IMG/VR virus record: IMGVR_UViG_3300005934_000002
Coordinates: 1-64,000 of that record
Origin: a virus
Taxonomy: Duplodnaviria > Caudoviricetes
Length of the DNA: 64,000 nucleotides
Strand: one strand, 5' to 3'
The translations under genes were made by a program, and so were the position numbers. Positions 18,801-27,800 of the stretch are shown piece by piece (position 1 is the stretch's first letter; every line of letters starts with the position of its first letter). The notes under the pieces were generated by a model. That model ran no database searches. It saw nothing but the letters and a program-made list of their open reading frames with translations, and had not been told where the DNA came from.

Positions 18801-21800
18801 AAAGTAACTTTAGCAGTTGATGATGTTGTAGACATTTATGAGTATGATTCAACTGATGCTTCTTATATTCCACCAACACCAACTAAGTTTGGTTTGTGGC
18901 CATTACATATTCCAACAATGTATGTAGACAACACATACCAAACACCTCAAACAGTAATTAAAGGTCATGATGGAAGTATTGTAAAAGCATACGGCGATTA
19001 TAGAGATGAGTTAATTCTTGAATTAGAAAAAAGAATTTATAATAATATTAAAATTGAATACGATAAAGACATCTTTGATGTTGATTCGTTCTTAGGCCAT
19101 GCATCCAGAGATACTGGATTCACAAGAGAAGATTTAGACGATGTAATTATAACAGACTTTGTTGAATGGTTAGCAGTTGCAGGCGATCCTGATTATACTG
19201 ATAAAAGTTTTTATGATAGAACAAATTCGTTTACTTGGAACTACAGTTATATGACAGATCCAGATGGCAATCCGTTGCCAGGTTTCTGGAGAGGAGTTTA
19301 TAATCATTATTTAGGAACTGATTCTCCGCATACAACGCCTTGGAAAATTTTAGGATATATTGATCAACCTGATTGGTGGGAAACAGTTTACGGTCCAGCA
19401 CCGTATACAAGAGAAAACTTAATTCTATGGGAAGATCTACAAGAAGGAAGAGTTAGAGAACCTAATAAGCCTATTAGATATCGTCCTAACTATGCAAGAA
19501 AGAATTTATTAAAACTTATTCCTGTAAACACACAAGGGGTATTATTAAGTCCATATGAATCTGGATATGCCCAAGGCTTAATTCTTCCTGAAACAAATAG
19601 GGAATTTGTATTTGGTGACGAAGCACCAGTTGAAACAGCATGGCGTAGAGGAAGTGAATTTGCGTTTGCATTTATTACTGCTTGGTTAATTCACCAACCT
19701 TCTAAAGTAATGGGATTAGGATTTGATCGTTCTCGTATTGTAAGAAACACAGCAGGCGATCTTGTTTATACAGCAACTAATAAACGTATTAAGTTAAGCG
19801 ATTTAGTTTTTCCAAACACATCTTCAAGCACAGTTAGAACTTCTACTGCTGGTTTAGTAAATTATATTTTTAACTATATTAATGCTGATGTTACAAAACT
19901 AAATGAAGATTATAGTAATGATATTGCAAACATAAAAACACAGTTAGGATTTAAAGTAGGTGGATTTAGTACTAAGGATAAATTTAGATTAGTATTAGAT
20001 TCTCGAACACCTAATAATAAAGGTAATGTTTTTATACCAGAAGAAAATTATAAGTTATTTTTAAACACATCATCTCCAGTAGATACAGTTTCGTATAGTG
20101 GTGTTATTATTGAAAAACGTCCGGGAGGTTTTGTTGTTAGAGGTTATGATAAGTCTAAGCCATATTTTGATTATTTCAAATATATTGAACGTGCAAAAGA
20201 TCCAGTAGTTAATGTTGGCGGCGTAAGTGAATCTTTCCTTGAATGGGAATCTGGACAACGTTATCAGAAAGATCAAATTGTAAGATTTGGTAATGACTTT
20301 TTCAGAGTAAAAGTATCAGGAACATTTGATACCTTTGTTCAAGATAATTTTGCTAAACTTGCAGACCTTCCAATTGAAGGAGGCGTAGATGCAATTTTAA
20401 GAAGAAATTTTGAAACAGAAAGATCTAAATTAAATTATGGTACACTGTTTAGAACAGCACAACAAGTAACTGACTTTTTACTTGGTTACGGAAAGTATTT
20501 AGAATATAAAGGTTTTGTTTTTGATAAGTTTAATAAAACTATTGAAACTGTAGAAAACTGGGAATTAAGTGCAAGAGAATTTTTATTCTGGACTACACAA
20601 AACTGGAGCGACGGTGCATTGCTTACTTTATCTCCAAGTGCTATTAATTTACAATTCTATAGAGATTATGCTGTTGTAGACAATATCTTTGATAACTTCT
20701 ATGACTATACACTATTAAAAGCAGACGGTAAAAAATTACAAGAAGACTTTGCTAATACAATTAGAAGTAGTCAAAACGAATTTGGATTAACTCTTAAAAA
20801 TACAGCAGACGGTATTTACTTTGTTAAATTACCTCTTGTGCAAAAAGAACACGTTTGTTTACTTGACAACTCAACTGTTTTCAATGATACAATTTATAAT
20901 CCAGGACCTGGATACAGACAACAGCGTGTTAGAGTTTTAGGATACAGAAGTGTTGATTGGGATGGCGGAGTAAACATTCCTGGCTTTACACTTGATACTG
21001 TAAGTGTTGTTGACTGGAAAGAAAATACAGATTACAAAATTGCAGATGTTGTTTACTATAAAACACGTTATTATAGTGCAAAATATAAAATACCAGGATC
21101 AACTGAGTTTAACGATAATGACTGGTATTTGCTATCAGAAAAACCACAGAACGAATTAATTCCTAACTTTGATTACAAAGCAAATCAATTTGCAGATTTT
21201 TATGATTTAGATACTGATAATTTTGATAGTGAACAGCAAAGACTTGCACAACACTTAATTGGTTATCAAAAGCGTACTTACTTAGAAAATATTATTAATG
21301 ATGATGTGTCACAGTACAAATTCTATCAAGGATTTATTCAAGATAAAGGAACAACTAATTCATTAAGTAAATTATTTGATGCACTGTCAAACACAGAAAA
21401 TTCAAGTTTAGAGTTTTTTGAAGATTGGGCATTTAAAGTAGGACAGTATGGCGCAAGTGATTCGTTTGATGAAGTTGAATTTGAGATTGATGAATCTAAA
21501 TTTAGATTATCTCCTCAACCATTCCAACTTGTACAAACTATTGATCCTCTTGCAACTGATTTAGTTTATAGATACAGTCCGGTTGATGTATATAGTAAAC
21601 CACCTAAGTATGATCATAAACCGTTCCCAACAAAATATATTGAGGAAGATGAGTCTTATATTAAGACAGCAGGATATGTTGCTGAAGATGATATTAACTT
21701 TAAAGTTACAAACTATGATGATATTTTAGATTTAGATCTTCAGCAAGTTGAAATAGGTCAATATATTTGGGTTGCTAAAAGAGAACAAACTTGGGACGTT

Positions 21801-24800
21801 TTACGTCAAACTGAAACTGATATGAAAGTATCAAGTATTATTAATAGTGATAGTTCTAAGTCAATAGAAATTAAAACACGAAAAGCACCAACTGTTGCAA
21901 AAGGTGATATTATTGGTGTATTAGGTGTAGGACCAAAACAAAATAGATTCTATAAAGTTTTAAGAGTAAGTTTAGATATAATCTATGCACAAACTACAGG
22001 TGAAGTTGAAGACGCTCCAGAAGCGGATGGATTTATCTTAAAACTTATAAGTTCAAGAGTTGCAACTTTAAATGATGTTAACGAAAAAATTACACGAGAC
22101 AATTATTCAACACAAGAACGTGTTTGGGTTGATCATGATGAAAATGCCAGATGGACAGTTATTGAAAACTCAAATACATATGATTTAACACAGCAAGTTT
22201 ATAATGTTACTACACCAGGACTATTAGATACAGATGTAAGAATATTTGGAACAAGTATATCTTCAAATACTAATAATACTATTGTTCCAGTTGGTTCACC
22301 TGCTCCGTTAACAGCGGTAGACAGTTCTAATAATCCTATTCAAGGTAGAGTTGATATTCACTTTAGAGCAAGTGAAGGATTAAATCTTGTTTTATCACAA
22401 TCATTAGATGCACCTGTAGGATACTTTGACGGAATACAAAGTTTTGGACGCTCAACTGCTATTAGCAGTGACGGAAGATGGATCTTTGTAGGTATCCCAT
22501 ATGCTTCGAATGTAAAAACAAAATTTAAAGGTCAATTTGGTCCAGCGGCTTCTTATGCAAAAGGCGATATTGTAAAATATACAAATCAATACTGGAGTGC
22601 AAAAAATATTATTGAACCAACAGATCCAAGTTTGGATTTTCCAAGTTTCAATTCTCACTTAAGACACTTAATTGGTACATACAATCAAACCACAGGAACA
22701 TATGATAATGTTTATTATATGTTACGAGGAAACTTCTTATTCCAAGAAGAAAGCACAGATCACATTCTTATAAGAGCACCAAGACTTGCATATGTAGCAA
22801 CTACTCCTGGTGATACTTTAGAATTATTCTGGAACGATATTAATGCAAGATATCCAAGTGCACCAGGCATTCAACCTTTTAATGGTAACCCAACATTGAG
22901 TAAACAATTCTTTGATGGTAACCATACTATTGTAGATAAGATTGACGATATCCTTTTAGTTGATAATACACAGGCAATACCAAGTGTAGGTGAAACAATT
23001 TCCAGTGCAACAGCAATAGGTATTGTTGCATTTGTCTTTACAACTGGTGACAACAGAACTTTAATTTATATTAGAGATGCAAACGGTGACTTTGAATCAG
23101 AAGGTACACTATTTGTTGGAGATATCTCAGTTGGTGCATTTGAAAGAGCAGTTGAACAAGATGACGATAATCTTGGCGGCTGGTGGAAAATTAACGTAGG
23201 ATCGACATTCCAGTCGATAGCAACTATTGAAACTCAACCGTATCTTGTAATTACAGATATTATTCAAGACGGTATTCAGAGAACTCCGAATTATTATCAA
23301 AACGTATTAAGAACAGTTGATAATCCAGCAGAAGTTTCTATTACGTCATATATTGAAAGTTTAACATACACTGGAGACTCCGGAGATGAGTTATCAGATA
23401 AATGGGTCTTTAGAGCACCAAGTAATTTAAACAATGAATTAGTTATTGGCAATACTTTTAACTTTTTCTTTAATGAATATAGAAATGCTGATAACTTATT
23501 ACAAGATCCATCAGTAATAGGTAGTAATATTACACACGACTATCTAAACAACACAGAACACACTATTAATGATTTGTGGGAAGGATGGATTGATGTTAAC
23601 TTAACAAACTTTGATGATAGAGGCTCACCAACTCCTGGAGATCCAGACTATAATCCTAATTACGGTAATCCGTTTATTCCTATTGTTGGTGACACAGTAC
23701 AAGATAACGATACACTTGCAACAGCAGAAGTAGTTGCTATTGAGAAAACATTTAATGATTTAAGAGTCTGGGTTAAAGCAGTCACCGGAACTTGGAAATT
23801 AGGAAACGTAAACCAGAACATTTCAAGTATGAGTATTGTTGGAGGATCACAAGGCGTAGGTGTAATAAGACTTGTAGGTACAACTCAAGATACTCATTTA
23901 AGAACTTCAACAGCAGGTTGGATAGTAGTTGTAGATAGAGGTGAAAATATTCCTCGTGGTACAACACGTACATTACAAGGCTTTGAATATTGGATTTATA
24001 AATCACAGTTATTAGATGGTATTGCAAGAGCCGCTAATCCACCATCTAAAACAAATAATGATTGGCAAAGAGTTTATAATATTCCTGCAGATGAAAATGG
24101 AGTAGCAAGTACATTACAAAGACAAGGTGCTTTTGCAATCTACGAAAGAAATGCAAGTAATTTTTATAATTTAATTGGAACTTATGTAACACCAGATAGT
24201 GAGTCAGAAAGATATTTAGGTAGTGATATTAGAATAGTAACACACACTAACGGAGCATATTCTGCTTATGTTTTAAGTAAAGGTAACGGAACATTTGATC
24301 AACCAGGTAGAATTAATATTTTCAACTATGATGTAAACGGTGGTTGGAAACTTGGTGCTGATGCTAACTATAGAGGCGACTTTGTAACTACAGTTCCTTA
24401 CTTCGAAGGCGAATACGTAAGATATGATAATGCAGTTTATCAAGCATTAACAAATTTAGTTCCAGGTAATTTTAATTCAAATAACTGGCAGGAAGTTACT
24501 ACAGGTATAGAACTAAATGGCTTCTTACCAAATGACACAGGATTTATTATCGGTACAGACAGTGCTATCGATAGTGATAATTTATATGAGTTTGGAACTC
24601 AATTTGATGTAAGTCTTACTGGTAGCATTTTAGCAACTATTGTAAAATATGGTGATGCTATTGATAGTTCTATTGCAACAAGAAAGTTAGTTATCTATAG
24701 AAAATCACTGTTAGGACATTATGTATTTGATCAAATGATTGATGCACCATATGCTAATATAAATTATGGTGATTCGATTGCAGTATCAACTGATGGATTG

Positions 24801-27800
24801 TTTATTGCAGTTGGTGCTCCTAATTATACAGATACATCTTCTAATCAAGGTACAGTGTTTATATACGAACAAGTTAATGGTAGATTTGAACAAGTTCAAC
24901 ACTTAGTAGGTCCAAGTGGTTTGCCAAATGAAAAATTTGGTACAGTAGTTAGATACGACAACGATAGAATTGTTGTACATTCAGCAGGCGGCGACTTGTT
25001 TAGTAGCACAGAGTTTGACTCTGGTACAACAGTATTTGATAACGGTACAACACACTTTAGTTCAACATTAATTGACACAGGTGAAGTTTTTGTATTTGAA
25101 TTATTAGGTAACAGATATGTGTATAGTGATAAATTAGAATTTACTGATAGAAGTACTTTATACTTTGGTCGAACACTATTAATTAAAAATAATCATATCT
25201 ATGTTTCACTTCCACAGTACAGACAATCAGGAAAACAAGTTGTTGGAACTGTATTAGATTACAGAGTCAGACCTAATACAAAATTATGGGAAAGAAAAAG
25301 AAATCAACGTCCACTTGTTGATGTTGAAAAAATTAAAGGTATTTCGATATACAACAGAAAAACAAAAACTGTTGAAGAATATTTAGATTATATTGATCCA
25401 GTGCAAGGAAAAATTGCAGGTCAAGCAGAAGTTGAAATATCATTTAAAACTACATTTGATCCTGCAACATACAATAATGCATCTATTAACACTGTAAGCA
25501 AAGACGTAACAATGTTTACTGCGAATGAAATGGTTGGTAAATTATGGTGGGATACTGATGCTGTAAGATTTATTAATCCATATAGTAACACAGGAAATAT
25601 ATTCAATGTTAGCAACTCAATGAATACAATTTTCCCAGGTACAGAAGTTGAAGTATACGAATGGGTTGAATCTACATTAACACCTCAACAGTGGGACGAA
25701 CGTTCTGAATCTGAAGCAGGACTTGCTCAAGGTATTAGCGGTAAAACTAAACACGGTATGAATGCATATTCTACAAAGCGTGTTTATGATGAACCAGCAC
25801 AAAAATTTACAAACTATTATTATTTCTGGGTTAGAAATAAAAAGACTGTTCCAAATGTTCCTGGCAGAACAATTAGTGGTGCCGATGTACAAGAATTAAT
25901 TAGAGATCCTTCAGGTCAAGGATATAAATTTATTTCATTGCTTAATAATAATGAATGGACAGCACATAATTTAGAAAGCACAATTAGAGGATTAGATACT
26001 ATACTAAAATTTGCTTACTGGACTATTGATAAAACAGATAATAATATCCATAATCAATATAGAATTATTACAGACGGTTTAGAAACAAGTGTTCCTAAAT
26101 CAGATCTTGAACGTAAATGGTATGATAGTTTGATTGGATATGATGAACAAGGTAGAGAAGTTCCAGATAGATTCTTAGGCGAAAAAGAACGTTATGGTAT
26201 TTTAAATAACCCAAGACAAACTATGTTTGTTAATAGAATTGAAGCATTAAAGCAGTTAGTAGAACGAGTTAATAGTGTTCTTATTAAAAATGTTTTAATT
26301 GACGACTTTGATTTATCTGATTTAGAAAAGAATGACCCAATACCAACGTTATCGTCAAGAAGATATGACGTACAAATTGATACTAATGACGAATTAGATT
26401 TTGTTGCTGTAGGTAAAGTTCAACGAGCAACTTTAAATACAACAATTCAAGACGGTAAACTTCTTAGAGTTGATATTGTAAATCCTGGAAGAGGTTATAA
26501 AACTGTTCCAACAATAACGTTTGTAACATCAACAGGTGAAGGAGCCGAAGTTCAATTAGAAATTAATAATGTTGGCTCAGTAACAAATGCTAAAGTTATT
26601 AGTAGTGGAAGAAATTATCAAGACAACGATTCAATTGTTGTTAGAAACTTCACTGTTTTAACAACAACAGATAACAGTTATGCTAACAAATGGTCATTAT
26701 ATGAATATGTTGGCGGATTAATTCCTTGGAATAGAATTGCAAGTCAACGTTTCGACGTAGCACCTTATTGGTCATATGCTGATTGGTATAAAACAGGATA
26801 TAATAGTTTAACAAAATCAGATTATGTAATTGATGAAACATATGAATTAGACTCATTAGGTGATTCTTATGGTGATATTGTTAAAATTAATTCAGTAGGA
26901 TCAGGCGGTTGGTTACTATTACGTAAAATTGACAATCAAGTTAATGTAGATTATACTATAAATTATGAAACAATTGGTAGACAAAATGCTACAATACAAC
27001 TTTCATCTTCTATATATGATTATGCTGACGAATTAGTTGGTTATGATAGTTTTGGATATGACGACAGTGCATTTGATTTACAACCTATCGACGAATTAAG
27101 AATTGTTCTATCAGCATTAAGAGATAAGATCTTTGTTGATAATCTTGCAATTCATTATAATGAATTATTCTTTGCACAGATGCGTTATATTCTATCTGAG
27201 CAAAAATTTGTAGACTGGATGTTTAAAACAAGTTTTGTAAAAGCAAAACACAATATTGGTAAACTTAGAAAAGATATTACATTTAATAATGATTTCTTAG
27301 AAAGTTATGAAGATTATGTTAGAGAAGTAAAACCTTACAAGACTAAAATTAGAGAATATCTATCAACTTACGAAGGTGAAGAAAATTCTCAAACTATGGT
27401 GACTGATTTTGATCTACCTCCAGCATATAATACTCAACAAGGAAAAATTACTCCACAAAGTGCTATTGTTTATAATGATGAGATAAGAGTATCAAGTGAT
27501 TTAATTAATTCATATCCTTATAAACATTGGGCAGATAATGCAAGTTTCCAAATTAAAGAAATTACAATTTTTGATGCAGGAAGCGGTTATGAAAATGCTC
27601 CAGGTGTTGAATTTGTCGGCGGCGGTGGATCAGGCGCAACAGCAGTAGCATATGTTGGCGGCGGAAAAATTACTGAAATTAAAATTACAAATCCAGGAAC
27701 AGGATATGTAAGTGCTCCTACAGTTGTATTGAACGGCAACGTTGCAGATGGTGGCAAAATTGCAAGAGTAAATGCTGTAATAGGAAACACAAATTTAAGA